Assembly: GCA_947168075.1 (NCBI GenBank)
Contig: CAMVKK010000003.1
Coordinates: forward strand, 1 to 42,509
Direction: 5' to 3'
Source: an uncultured Alphaproteobacteria bacterium
Lineage (GTDB): Bacteria > Pseudomonadota > Alphaproteobacteria > Rs-D84
DNA: 42,509 nt
In this document: positions 22,157 to 32,023 of the stretch, piece after piece
Layout of the letters: each line of letters begins with the position of its first letter
How positions within the stretch are numbered: the stretch's first letter is position 1
The notes under the pieces: model-generated
Databases searched by the model: none
Told to the model about the DNA's origin: nothing
The model's input: only the letters and a program-made list of their open reading frames with translations
Position numbers and translations under genes: made by a program

Positions 22157-23226
22157 CTAAGTGCGGCTGTAATTTGATCCTGCATCTGGAAAGTACCCAA
22201 AACAACCCACGCAATTATCGCGGATACCATCATAATACCAATACCATTTAACACATTGGACAAAGATTCCATTTTCCGCACAGAACTGTCCAGATAATCA
22301 TTTGCAATCGATGTTATATTCTTATCAAAATCGACCATATCAGCATATATCATCAAATCGCCAATTATTTCCTTGTTCGGAAAATCGCGGCCTGTTCGCG
22401 ACAGTGCAACGCCTAAATTATCACCGTTTGCGATATAGTGTAATGTTTCCTCTAATATACTGCGCAAATATTTCGATGCATTGTCCGCCAACATACGAAT
22501 TGCATCAGGCATTGTGATACCCGCACTTATCATCGATGATAAAGACATAAGCCATCCAACAGATATGTGTATTTTATAAATACTCCACGGTGGCAATTTA
22601 TCAAATGCCGCGCGCAAACGACCCGACCAATTATCCAACGACAGCCATATGGTAAAAATTAACCCCAAAAATACGATTGCAAAAATATACCAATATTCGA
22701 CTGTAAAGTCCGACATAGCAATCAATCCACGCGCCGCACCGCGCCAAATAACGTCAGACCCGGCGACCTCTATTAATGGCGGGACAAGGTAAAGACCAAC
22801 CATAACAATAATACCAAATGTCAATAACAATAAAAACAATGGATATGCAACCGCATTACGCACCGCCCGGCGAATACGACCTTCGCCTTCGACTACGCGC
22901 ACAGTATTTTCCAGCGCAATAACCAGATTTGAAATATTACCAGATGTTACCAATAAAGTTTCTTCGTCCGGCAACCATCCGCGTGTTGTATCGGAAAAAC
23001 TTAAACCCCGTTCCAGGTTTTTTTGCCATTGGCGCATAACGATTGCAAATGGTTCATTTGGATTTTTACCATTGTTGGATTCAATCATTTCCAAACGTCC
23101 CAGTGCGTTCATCAATGTAAAATCATTACGCAACAATGATGCTAATTTGCGCAACATCGCAATACGTTTTTCCGTATTAAGACGAAAAATAAGTCGTGCA
23201 TACCACTGATTAAGCCGTTCCATCAA
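22153..23226 (-). CDS. Type IVb pilus inner-membrane platform protein (PilR / T2SSF family)
   Basis: Two T2SSF-like domains with three TM segments (AVAYPLFLLL...LVPPL; LPPWSIYK); follows the ATPase gene. Confidence 0.85.
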   Translation of the reverse strand: MMERLNQWYARLIFRLNTEKRIAMLRKLASLLRNDFTLMNALGRLEMIESNNGKNPNEPFAIVMRQWQKNLERGLSFSDTTRGWLPDEETLLVTSGNISNLVIALENTVRVVEGEGRIRRAVRNAVAYPLFLLLLTFGIIVMVGLYLVPPLIEVAGSDVIWRGAARGLIAMSDFTVEYWYIFAIVFLGLIFTIWLSLDNWSGRLRAAFDKLPPWSIYKIHISVGWLMSLSSMISAGITMPDAIRMLADNASKYLRSILEETLHYIANGDNLGVALSRTGRDFPNKEIIGDLMIYADMVDFDKNITSIANDYLDSSVRKMESLSNVLNGIGIMMVSAIIAWVVLGTFQMQDQITAALS

Positions 23227-24869
23227 TACGCCCCCGGTCTGTCAAGTAACCCAACCCAACGTTCAAGTTCATCAATACTTATCACACCCATTAACATTAA
23301 TTCGGCGGCTGCTTCTTTTAATGTGCGGCCATCCATTTCTTCTAACCAGTATTTAACCGCATCATCTGTTTTACCCGCCAGTGCCAGCGATAAAAATTCA
23401 CTGTTGGTAACAATAACCTCGCCTGCCTTGATACGCCCCATTGTGCCGGTACCGTTACACGCATCGCATCCAGGGCCACGGATAAACACCTGGTTCAACC
23501 CTATTTCACCAAACGCATCCAAAACCCGTTTATATGCTGGATTTTCAGGATGATCCGCCAAGCGTTCGCGACAATGTGGACAAACCTTTTTAAACAGACG
23601 CATAGAAATCAAACCACGCATCAAAGTTTCTTCTTTTAACTTAAACGGTTCGACCCCCATATCCAGCAATCGTGTTAACGCCGCCATTGCCGAATTAGCG
23701 TGCAATGTTGTCCAAACATTATGCCCAGATAACGCACCACGCACAGTTAATTGCGCCGCCGCCAGTGTTCGTATTTCACCAACCATCAATGTATCAGGGT
23801 CGCTTCGCAATGCCGCAGCCAACGCTTCTGTGTATGCTTCGTCACGTTGTTCTTCGTTCATAGCGTTTGTAACAGGCATCTGATGCGCGCCGAAAATTTT
23901 CTGTTCCACGGGATTTTCCACCGTAATCATATTGATTTCATAATTGCGTTCTTTCAGCATCATTGACATATTACGCACCAATGTCGTTGATTTACCGGAA
24001 CTGGTTGGACCCGCAACAATAACCAAACCCGTTGGGAACGAACGCATACGCATCAACAGACGTTGTTCATACGGTCCAAATTCCTGCTCGGTTTTAATGC
24101 CGGCATTTGGGTTATCGTATAACAAACGCATTACAACATAGCGCGATCCAAATGCAATAGGATTAAATTGCATACGAATACTTAAAATACCCTCGGGCAA
24201 ATATAAATCTTTGGTTCCACGCAGTGGTGTCCGACCATCTTTTTGCGCAGACTGATATTCGTTCTGGGCATAGTTCGCATTTGACATATCAGCGGATGCA
24301 AACGCGGCACGAACAAAAGATTCACCCCATGCAGAATTATATTCCAAAACAGGTTGCATACTGCCATCTATACGGAAATAAATTGTTGTTTGGTCTGCAA
24401 CCTCTATATGAACATCAGAAACCTTTTGCGCGGCGGCACGTGCGATAATATCGACAAAATCTTTCTGCATTTGGTTATCATAGTCGCGCGCACCACGAAC
24501 CATTGCACCGCCACCGATACGCCCTTCGTATTCCTTGTATATTCCTGAAACCAAACCCAGATCAGAATAGAACGGTTCACGAACAATATGCGATTTGCGT
24601 TTTAATAAATCGATAAAAGCCAACACACGACCGTCAAAGCGATGCGTCCGCGATACAATGATTTCGCCACCCGAAAAATATGCAATTAAACTTTGCATAT
24701 CCTTGGACAGTTCCATTGCGCCACCCGTTGCGGTCAAAAGCCGATTTCCATTAGAGAAAAGATATTCTATTATTTCTTTGTTTTCGGCATTTTCCAAACC
24801 AACCGGCACCGATGGTTTTTGTTCCATCAATCCTGTATTACTAAAATCGTCATATCTTTCTGTGCTCAT
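23223..24869 (-). CDS. Type IVb pilus assembly ATPase (PilQ / GspE-PilB family)
   Basis: SDVHIE, FRIDG, Walker A GPTSSGKSTT, LRSDPD.LMVGEIR, His box GH.VWTTLHAN, CPHC...CDAC zinc site. Confidence 0.9.
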   Translation of the reverse strand: MSTERYDDFSNTGLMEQKPSVPVGLENAENKEIIEYLFSNGNRLLTATGGAMELSKDMQSLIAYFSGGEIIVSRTHRFDGRVLAFIDLLKRKSHIVREPFYSDLGLVSGIYKEYEGRIGGGAMVRGARDYDNQMQKDFVDIIARAAAQKVSDVHIEVADQTTIYFRIDGSMQPVLEYNSAWGESFVRAAFASADMSNANYAQNEYQSAQKDGRTPLRGTKDLYLPEGILSIRMQFNPIAFGSRYVVMRLLYDNPNAGIKTEQEFGPYEQRLLMRMRSFPTGLVIVAGPTSSGKSTTLVRNMSMMLKERNYEINMITVENPVEQKIFGAHQMPVTNAMNEEQRDEAYTEALAAALRSDPDTLMVGEIRTLAAAQLTVRGALSGHNVWTTLHANSAMAALTRLLDMGVEPFKLKEETLMRGLISMRLFKKVCPHCRERLADHPENPAYKRVLDAFGEIGLNQVFIRGPGCDACNGTGTMGRIKAGEVIVTNSEFLSLALAGKTDDAVKYWLEEMDGRTLKEAAAELMLMGVISIDELERWVGLLDRPGAY

Positions 24870-24886
24870 AACGATTGCCGCCCATC

Positions 24887-25579
24887 TTATTTAGAATTTG
24901 TGATATTCAGTGTTTGTGTTTCACCATCTTTTGCAAAAACGACCCCGTCATCCAACGATATAGATTTTACTGTCCATCCATCTAAAACTTTACCAACCGA
25001 TATCCGTTTATTTTGTCCAGTTACCAGATCAGCAACAGTTGCCTGTAATTGATTTCCAGCACCAATAACATTTATTAATTTGAAACGTTCACCTATTTTT
25101 GATTCTGTATCTTCGGATATTTTTTTACCTGACGAAGATACTGTTTTTTTAGTTGTCGCGGCTGTATCAGCACCAGATGACTTTTCATCGGTTGCATTTT
25201 CCAGCGCTTCTTTTTCACGCGCCAAACGCGCAGATTCAGCCTCTAACCGCGCCATTTGTGTTTCTAATTCCTGTTGTTGAGCCTCGGCCCGACCAGAAAG
25301 AGTATCTATTTCCATGTGCAATTTGATTTTTTCCGCCGCCAATCTGTCCAGATCCAAATCCAACTGGGCGCGTTCCTTTTCAAGTTGCATCAATACTTTT
25401 TCTTGTTCTAAATCTGTAATTTGTTGGAATAAACTGCCTTCGACCTGATAATTTTCGACCGCATCCGCAGATATTTCTTCGATGTCCACAATTTCTTCTT
25501 CAACTGCGAACGATGATGCCGGCATAAATATACCGAACGCCATTATGCATAATACAAATGTTTTTATTTTATTTAGCAT
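24887..25579 (-). CDS. Type IVb pilus biogenesis protein, PilP-like
   Basis: Signal peptide, coiled coil, C-terminal beta domain (VIGAGNQLQATV...VGKVLDGWTVKSISLDDGV); lies between PilO2 and the ATPase. Confidence 0.65.
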   Translation of the reverse strand: MLNKIKTFVLCIMAFGIFMPASSFAVEEEIVDIEEISADAVENYQVEGSLFQQITDLEQEKVLMQLEKERAQLDLDLDRLAAEKIKLHMEIDTLSGRAEAQQQELETQMARLEAESARLAREKEALENATDEKSSGADTAATTKKTVSSSGKKISEDTESKIGERFKLINVIGAGNQLQATVADLVTGQNKRISVGKVLDGWTVKSISLDDGVVFAKDGETQTLNITNSK

Positions 25580-26834
25580 AGATTATCACCTCATAGTTCC
25601 ATGTGCGATTGGATGCATTCCAATTACAGTTTGTCATATAAACACCGCCGAAATTATCGAAAATATGCATAAACTGCATCGGTGTCAGTTTAGATGATGC
25701 CGCCACTTCGACAACATCAAAATTTTGAGTTTCAACGCCATTACTTACCGTATCAACAACCGTTTGAACATCAACCGGTGTATCAATCGATTGAAATGCC
25801 GTCATAACATCGCGCACAATATCGTCCGGGGCGCGTTCATCACGACTGGAAAAAGTATTCAATTTTGGCAACTTGGCACGAATAGTCAATGTATCTTCGG
25901 ATAATTCCTGGACAAATGCACCCGGCATCAATTCAGTTGCGATTGCATAAAAATCGCCAATTGTTCCATATGTTCTGCGAACATTGACGGTTGCGTAATT
26001 TTCATCACATTTGGCTGAAACCTGATTCCACCCGGAAATAGGCTGCATCAAAAATCCAATCGCGCGATAGCACATATCAGCACGCGCCGCAACATTTGGT
26101 AATGTATTATACGGTGGTACGATTGGTTTAACTTCTACTACCTTTTTTTCTATTTGGAATTGTTCGTCCAGTTCTTTATTTTTTTCATCAACCAATCGCT
26201 GATATTCTTCGGCTTGTTCTGGATTAATATTTTTCATACTTGGATGATACGAAAAAGATTTAATAACAGGTTCGCGATATATCAACGCAAATATCAAAAT
26301 AAATAAAACAACCAATAATATTGACCAAACGATTGATCTGGTCATACTTATTGACCGCAACATAGCGTGCGAACGACCAGTTATAACATCATTCAAATCA
26401 TGTTCAACCGCACGTGGCATTCCCCACTTTGACGGCGCAATAAACGCACCCCAATCAGGCATCTGTGCCAACCGCGCATATTCGGCACGCGCATCACTTT
26501 CATCTTCGAACACTTTGTCTGTTAATATGATGCCATTACGGACAACAACCATATAAAAGCCGTTTTCCACCGCAAACACTGCCAAGAAAGACGAATGTTC
26601 CGCCAATGCTTCGCATACTTCCGCCGCCGCAGATGGCATACCACTTTTTTGTCCCGTGCGCCGCATCGACACTCCGACCATCTGTTTATATTCGACATAT
26701 AAATTGTAATGGCCATCAATAGATTTTGCCAAATGACGCGCAGCCGCACGCCCAGTAACACCGGGCGCAACCGGTTGCCAAAAAAGCCCAACCGCGTACC
26801 TTCTTCTGTGAACAGATATTGTTTGATTTGCCAA
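25569..26834 (-). CDS. Type IVb pilus protein PilO2-like
   Basis: N-terminal YAVGLFWQ, SAAA, one central TM, periplasmic C...GW....C; TTG start with AGAGAG RBS. Confidence 0.7.
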   Translation of the reverse strand: MANQTISVHRRRYAVGLFWQPVAPGVTGRAAARHLAKSIDGHYNLYVEYKQMVGVSMRRTGQKSGMPSAAAEVCEALAEHSSFLAVFAVENGFYMVVVRNGIILTDKVFEDESDARAEYARLAQMPDWGAFIAPSKWGMPRAVEHDLNDVITGRSHAMLRSISMTRSIVWSILLVVLFILIFALIYREPVIKSFSYHPSMKNINPEQAEEYQRLVDEKNKELDEQFQIEKKVVEVKPIVPPYNTLPNVAARADMCYRAIGFLMQPISGWNQVSAKCDENYATVNVRRTYGTIGDFYAIATELMPGAFVQELSEDTLTIRAKLPKLNTFSSRDERAPDDIVRDVMTAFQSIDTPVDVQTVVDTVSNGVETQNFDVVEVAASSKLTPMQFMHIFDNFGGVYMTNCNWNASNRTWNYEVIIYAK

Positions 26835-26895
26835 TTTTTCTCTCTACCTTTGTGCAATTATAACATAAAAAGGTTCCCTTTGGCAAACACAGAAT

Positions 26896-26930
26896 AAAAA
26901 TCCCCGTCATTTTTTTGACGGGGCGTTTTT
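26896..26930 (-). terminator. Intrinsic terminator
   Basis: ccccgtca-tttttt-tgacgggg with A/T tracts, after the DUF374-lpxK-lpxC-lipoprotein run. Confidence 0.7.
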
Positions 26931-26932
26931 AA

Positions 26933-27388
26933 TTACATTCCACATGGTCCATATACGGTTGTACACTCGCTAACCTCGTACCCGTATGGATAATCATTTT
27001 GTGGTTCGTCCGGCATTACCGACACAGTTGCCGCGCCACCATCACGCGCAGTGCGCACAGACCCCGGATGCGGACAATCATAAACATTGGCAACCAACAC
27101 AAATGCGCGTTCAGGCCCAAAAATAACCCACTTATTCGGACGCGTGCGTTGTGCGACAATCCAATATGCGTTGCCTGGGCGCGCCTGGTCCGCTATGCGG
27201 TTTTCCAGATACCGCCGCGCATCTTCTGCATCGTACACCGACACTTCGGATTCTAACTTATACAAAAAGGTGCAACCAATTGGTTCACCATCCAACTGGG
27301 TAATATGTTCGCTGCCGTGTTCATTTTTAATCATGCCACCACACGCCGCCAGCGCAACCACCGCCAAAAAAGCAAATATTTTTTTCAT
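26933..27388 (-). CDS. Lipoprotein, DUF4156-like
   Basis: Lipobox LAAC; C..L...A...L.N....GN...VY.C pattern. Confidence 0.6.
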   Translation of the reverse strand: MKKIFAFLAVVALAACGGMIKNEHGSEHITQLDGEPIGCTFLYKLESEVSVYDAEDARRYLENRIADQARPGNAYWIVAQRTRPNKWVIFGPERAFVLVANVYDCPHPGSVRTARDGGAATVSVMPDEPQNDYPYGYEVSECTTVYGPCGM

Positions 27389-27402
27389 TTTTCCTCTCTT
27401 TT

Positions 27403-28344
27403 CTATTTTTCAACAATTATATCATAATTTTCCGTATCACTGAACAACTTTTTAAGAACGATGTTATTTAACGCATGACTGCCCTTGTACGATTCTAATT
27501 TTCCACAAATCATACCACCGCTTAACGCCATATCACCAATGGCATCTATGATTTTATGGCGCACAAATTCGTCCCGCCACATTAATTTATTAAGTGTCCC
27601 ATCGCCATTATTATTAAGCGCAATTACATTTGTTTCGTCCGCCCCGCGTCCCATACCGTGCTTTTTAAGATATTCCCATTCTGAATATTTTCCAAATGTC
27701 CGCGCACGCGCAATTTGCTTTATAAAATTATCACGCGACTTTTTTGTTCCGTCAAAACTATAATTATATGTTTGCGCCCCAATAATTTTTTCAGGATAAA
27801 TCAATGTAGCAGTAATTTCCAAACCTCTGCCATCATTTGGCGACAGTTTTACAAACCCATCGCTTTTTCTGTGTGCTAATTTATCCATAATCCATAATTT
27901 TATACGCATTGATAATGGTAATTGACGGCGAACTTCACGCGTATATGCAACAACAGGCTTTTTTACAATTATTTTACAAATTTTGCCGCGCCCGACACCG
28001 GCACTTGCAATTTCTTTGATAAACAATGCCGCACTGCCGTCCATAATTGGTGTTTCCGCCCCATTTATATCAATTATCGCGCTGTCCACACCAGATATAA
28101 ACAGCGCCGCCATCAAATGTTCAATTGTTTGCACATGTGCGCCCGCCGGGTTACCAATTGTTGTATTGCGCATTTTTGTTTCGCCAACATTGTCGTATTT
28201 CGCAGCAATTAATTTTTTTGGGTCAATATCAACGCGGCGGAAAAATATCCCCGGCTTTTTTGAAGGCTTTATAATAATATCCACAGGTAATCCAGAATGA
28301 ATACCTTTGCCTGTTAAACGAATATTTTTCAACAATGTTGTCAT
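27403..28344 (-). CDS. lpxC: UDP-3-O-acyl-N-acetylglucosamine deacetylase
   Basis: GKGIHSG, TIEHLMAAL, ETPIMDGSA, IARARTFG, EFVRHKIIDAIGD, KGSHALN. Confidence 0.94.
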   Translation of the reverse strand: MTTLLKNIRLTGKGIHSGLPVDIIIKPSKKPGIFFRRVDIDPKKLIAAKYDNVGETKMRNTTIGNPAGAHVQTIEHLMAALFISGVDSAIIDINGAETPIMDGSAALFIKEIASAGVGRGKICKIIVKKPVVAYTREVRRQLPLSMRIKLWIMDKLAHRKSDGFVKLSPNDGRGLEITATLIYPEKIIGAQTYNYSFDGTKKSRDNFIKQIARARTFGKYSEWEYLKKHGMGRGADETNVIALNNNGDGTLNKLMWRDEFVRHKIIDAIGDMALSGGMICGKLESYKGSHALNNIVLKKLFSDTENYDIIVEK

Positions 28345-29246
28345 TTTAATTTTCCCCCAATCCAATCCCAGAAACGATTATCAATATTTACATCCAACCG
28401 CGCATATTTTATTTTATCGCGGTATTGTTCGGGTAACCGCACCCAATCTTTTTCAGTGGTAATTAATTTTGCGTCCTTGCTTTCCGCCAACGCGATTAAT
28501 TTTTCCAAATCTTGGTCTGTATATTGGTAATGATCTGGAAAAGCGCGCGTTGCCACAACACCAGATAAACATCTGAAAAATTTCTTTGGATAACCGATAC
28601 CAGAAAACGCAACCAATTTTTCATTTTCATTATATGGCGATACAGTCTGGGTCTTTGCACAAAATACCGGCACACTGGACGGAACATTAAAATTCTTGCG
28701 CGGGGTTTTTGATTGAATAATTATAATTGCATCCGCACGCGCGGCTTGTTTTTTAGGTTCGCGCAATGGACCCGCCGGCAATAAAAATCCATTTCCATAA
28801 CCAATAGATTCATCAAACACTAATAAAGATATGTCTTTTTTAACCGTTGGATTTTGCAACCCGTCATCCATAACGATTGGCGAATTTTCTTTTTTCTGTC
28901 TGTCCAGTAACATTACATTACTTTTTCTGTCGCCGGTATGAACGATTAAGCCATCACGCGACAACATTGTTGCTTCGTCCCCTATGTTGCCTGTTTCCGC
29001 GCTTTTTTTATACCCGCGCATAACAACAGGCGCATCAAAATATGTTGCAATCGCGCGCACAATTGGTGTTTTACCAACCCCGCCCGCCAATATATTTCCA
29101 ACACAAATAACGGGTCTGTTTGATTTATACTGATTAATTCCACGAAAACTGTACACAATACGGGACGCTAAATAATAAATCCACGACACCGGCAATAAAA
29201 TTATTGCCAACGGCGTTTTATGCATAAACCACCACGGCGTTTTCAT
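28341..29246 (-). CDS. lpxK: Tetraacyldisaccharide 4'-kinase
   Basis: VICVGNILAGGVGKTP, GDEA, MDDGLQ, LLPAGPLRE, FPDH, ITTEKD. Confidence 0.95.
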   Translation of the reverse strand: MKTPWWFMHKTPLAIILLPVSWIYYLASRIVYSFRGINQYKSNRPVICVGNILAGGVGKTPIVRAIATYFDAPVVMRGYKKSAETGNIGDEATMLSRDGLIVHTGDRKSNVMLLDRQKKENSPIVMDDGLQNPTVKKDISLLVFDESIGYGNGFLLPAGPLREPKKQAARADAIIIIQSKTPRKNFNVPSSVPVFCAKTQTVSPYNENEKLVAFSGIGYPKKFFRCLSGVVATRAFPDHYQYTDQDLEKLIALAESKDAKLITTEKDWVRLPEQYRDKIKYARLDVNIDNRFWDWIGGKLK

Positions 29247-29256
29247 TCAATCCCCC

Positions 29257-30048
29257 CTATTTCTTATTTTTGCGCGCGGCGCGTTCTTCGCGCAGTTTGC
29301 GTTTAAATTCACTGGCGGTTAAATCTTGTTCAACCATCATATGATTAAATTCAGCATCCATTTTATGCGTGGTTTCAACCATATAATTTTCTAATGATTT
29401 TCGTATAGATTCAAATTCCGCATCCGTTGCCCGCCGCGGCACAAATACAGGATTTCCAACAACGCAATTTACGCGGGAAAAAGGCTTTACCAGCATATAC
29501 CGGTCCCATCTGTTTACAAATTTTGCACGCGATGCAGAATAGCATACTGGAATAATCGGTGCCCCAGTCATTTTGGCAAAATACATTGCGCCATCTTGAA
29601 CCCGCAGCGAAGGTCCACCCGGCCCGTCGGGCGAAATACACATTGAATACCGCCCGTCCATTAACACGCGCAGCCCGCCGCGCAAAACATCCATACCGCC
29701 ACGCCCAGTTGACCCATATATCGAACGCAGACCGAATAATCGCTGTAACTTTGCCATAATGCGACCATCGTGATGCTTGCTTGCCACCGCATAGGCACGC
29801 ATACGCCCCACTGCGATAATCGGCGACAGCATCATACTGCGCCCGTGCCAGAACACGAATACAGCGGGCCTGCGGCGATACTTTTTAAATGTTTCATAAT
29901 TTGTAATTTTGATGCGTGATGTCAGATATATTAACCAAATTGGTGTTGCAATAATAATCGCAACAATCCATTGAATTATGGCCAGCCCCAGGAAAAAATC
30001 CCAGAACCCTTTCCATGCACGCCTAAAAAGACTTCTTTGTTGTGCCAT
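29257..30048 (-). CDS. DUF374 / lysophospholipid acyltransferase (LpxJ-like)
   Basis: FWHGR, SKHHDG, GSTGRGG, SPDGPGGP, WDRY..KPFS; in an operon with lpxK and lpxC. Confidence 0.85.
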   Translation of the reverse strand: MAQQRSLFRRAWKGFWDFFLGLAIIQWIVAIIIATPIWLIYLTSRIKITNYETFKKYRRRPAVFVFWHGRSMMLSPIIAVGRMRAYAVASKHHDGRIMAKLQRLFGLRSIYGSTGRGGMDVLRGGLRVLMDGRYSMCISPDGPGGPSLRVQDGAMYFAKMTGAPIIPVCYSASRAKFVNRWDRYMLVKPFSRVNCVVGNPVFVPRRATDAEFESIRKSLENYMVETTHKMDAEFNHMMVEQDLTASEFKRKLREERAARKNKK

Positions 30049-30150
30049 ACCCGAATGATAGCAATAAAAAATATAATATGCAAGAAACACACGCAAAACG
30101 CACATTTCATTTGACACCCGGACAAATTAAGATATAATAAACAGCACTAT

Positions 30151-30227
<77 letters not shown>

Positions 30228-30229
30228 AG

Positions 30230-30271
30230 ATTTAACAAAAGACACCCCATTGCGGGTGTTTTTTGTTAAAT
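30230..30271 (+). terminator. Long hairpin terminator after tRNA-fMet
   Basis: atttaacaaaagacaccc...gggtgttttttgttaaat. Confidence 0.75.
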
Positions 30272-30285
30272 ATGTGTGTTGTGCA

Positions 30286-30393
30286 GGATTTGAACCATCG
30301 AATAAGCGTGGTTCAACCGCCGGCGAGAGCCAGACGGCAGTATGGCTGTGAGCATAGCGAGCGAGCCAAGGTCGCTAAATCCATCCCCCGCCA
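30286..30393 (+). repeat. tRNA-linked structured repeat ending in a copy of the tRNA 3' end
   Basis: ggatttgaacca (reverse complement of the tRNA T-arm) ... tggttcaa ... aaatccatcccccgc(ca), a 15-nt direct repeat of 30208-30222. Confidence 0.75.
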
Positions 30394-30455
30394 AAAAAAT
30401 TCCACGATTTTCATCCTATTTTGTGATATAATATTTTCGACAAAAAGGATGAAAT

Positions 30456-30809
30456 ATGAAAAAATTTTTACCATTTTTTCTTTTGTTTTTTTTAACAGGA
30501 TGTGATTCAGATATTGATATTACAAAATACCCAGAAAACATACAAAAATGTTTTAATCATATTTATTACTCAGATAATAACTGTACCAAAAAGCAAAAAA
30601 TTATTATTAAATTTTGTGAATGTTATAATGCAAAATATTCACAAAAAATTCAAAAAGAAGAAGAAATATATTCTAAAACAGTCAATCTGTTTGGATATGA
30701 TAACTTTTTTTCTCAAATAAACAGACTTACCGCTTCTGATAGAATGAATGAAATTTCACAAGAAGTATCTAACGATTGTGCAAAAAGAACAGGTTATACA
30801 TGTAAATAA
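30456..30809 (+). CDS. AT-rich putative lipoprotein
   Basis: Lipobox LTGC, AAGGA RBS, several further Cys; visibly much more AT-rich than neighbouring genes. Confidence 0.7.
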   Translation: MKKFLPFFLLFFLTGCDSDIDITKYPENIQKCFNHIYYSDNNCTKKQKIIIKFCECYNAKYSQKIQKEEEIYSKTVNLFGYDNFFSQINRLTASDRMNEISQEVSNDCAKRTGYTCK

Positions 30810-30889
30810 TATTTTTTCCCTAGGATATGCCCCCTATTGAAAATATTCTTTCCCGGCCCCAGAATTAAGTCATGTTAAGGGGGGCATAA

Positions 30890-31144
30890 ATGACACATGA
30901 CCAAATATGGACAGCAATAGAAAAGTTCGCAACCGAACACGGTATGTCTTGTTCTGGACTTGCGCGGTTCAGTGGTTTGGACCCAACAACATTTAATCGC
31001 AGTAAACGGTGGTCAAAGTTTGGTCAGCCACGTTGGCCATCGACCGGCAGTATTGCAAAAATACTTGCATCAACCGGTCAAAACATAGGCGATTTTGTAA
31101 AATACATTCACGACGATAAAAAGAACCCGGATAATCAGAGATAA
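30890..31144 (+). CDS. Cro/CI-type HTH protein of the alphaproteobacterial S24-repressor family, N-terminal domain only
   Basis: THDQIW.AI...SGLAR.SGLDPTTFN.SKR...RWPST.SIAKIL. Confidence 0.8.
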   Translation: MTHDQIWTAIEKFATEHGMSCSGLARFSGLDPTTFNRSKRWSKFGQPRWPSTGSIAKILASTGQNIGDFVKYIHDDKKNPDNQR

Positions 31145-31168
31145 AAAAACCGGCAACTGCCGGTTTTT
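31145..31168. terminator. Bidirectional terminator (CCGG family)
   Basis: aaaaaccggca-ac-tgccggttttt between convergent genes. Confidence 0.8.
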
Positions 31169-32006
31169 ATTTTGTTTTTTGTGCATCTAATTCTTTTATG
31201 CACTTTGATAAACTTTTTTTCCAATGGTCTATTTCCAGCCCAAATGTTTTTTGAATGTCTGATTTATCAAGAACACTGTAAAATGGCCGCTTCGCGCGCG
31301 TTGGATATTCATCTGAACTTATCGGATTTACTTTACAATTCAAACCTGACATTTCCATAATTTCGGTTGCAAAATCATACCACGAACAAACACCACTGTT
31401 TGTAAAATGATAAATACCACGATTATCCATATTTATTTGTGGTAAAATTTTAACAATAGCCGCCGCTAAATCACCGGCGTATGTCGGCGAACCAATTTGA
31501 TCAGTAACTACATTTATTGATTTTTTTTCAGACCCTAATCTGCGCATCGTCTTTACAAAATTGTTTCCATACGGCGAATAAAGCCACGCAGTACGAATAA
31601 TTGTAGCCACATATGCGTTTTCCAACACAGCCGTTTCGCCCGCCAGTTTTGTTTTACCATATACAGATACCGGGTTTGGCATATCTTTTGGTGTATACGG
31701 TTTGTGTGCCGTACCGTCAAAAACATAATCTGTGGAAATATGAATTATTTTTGCACCACTGCGTGCCAAATTACGCGGACCATCGACATTTATTTTAGTT
31801 GCCATTTCAACATCATCTTCGGCACGGTCAACGGCGGTATATGCCGCACAATTTATAATTGTTTTAATTCTGTTTAATACAACAAAACGCCGCACAGCCA
31901 ATTCATTGGTTATATCTAATTCATTGACATCTGTTTTAATTGCATTTGGTAATAATTTGGATAATTCTGTCCCCAGTTGACCATTAGCGCCCGTGATTAA
32001 TAACAT
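31167..32006 (-). CDS. rfbD: dTDP-4-dehydrorhamnose reductase
   Basis: ITGANGQLG, NCAAYTAVD, STDYVFDG, YGKTKLAGE, DQIGSPTY. Confidence 0.95.
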   Translation of the reverse strand: MLLITGANGQLGTELSKLLPNAIKTDVNELDITNELAVRRFVVLNRIKTIINCAAYTAVDRAEDDVEMATKINVDGPRNLARSGAKIIHISTDYVFDGTAHKPYTPKDMPNPVSVYGKTKLAGETAVLENAYVATIIRTAWLYSPYGNNFVKTMRRLGSEKKSINVVTDQIGSPTYAGDLAAAIVKILPQINMDNRGIYHFTNSGVCSWYDFATEIMEMSGLNCKVNPISSDEYPTRAKRPFYSVLDKSDIQKTFGLEIDHWKKSLSKCIKELDAQKTK

Positions 32007-32023
32007 TTTTTACCTTTTTTATT

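Noticed and set aside
30263-30505. 80 aa ORF downstream of tRNA-fMet
   Set aside because: It spans the terminator and structured repeat, starts at TTG without an RBS and overlaps the lipoprotein gene
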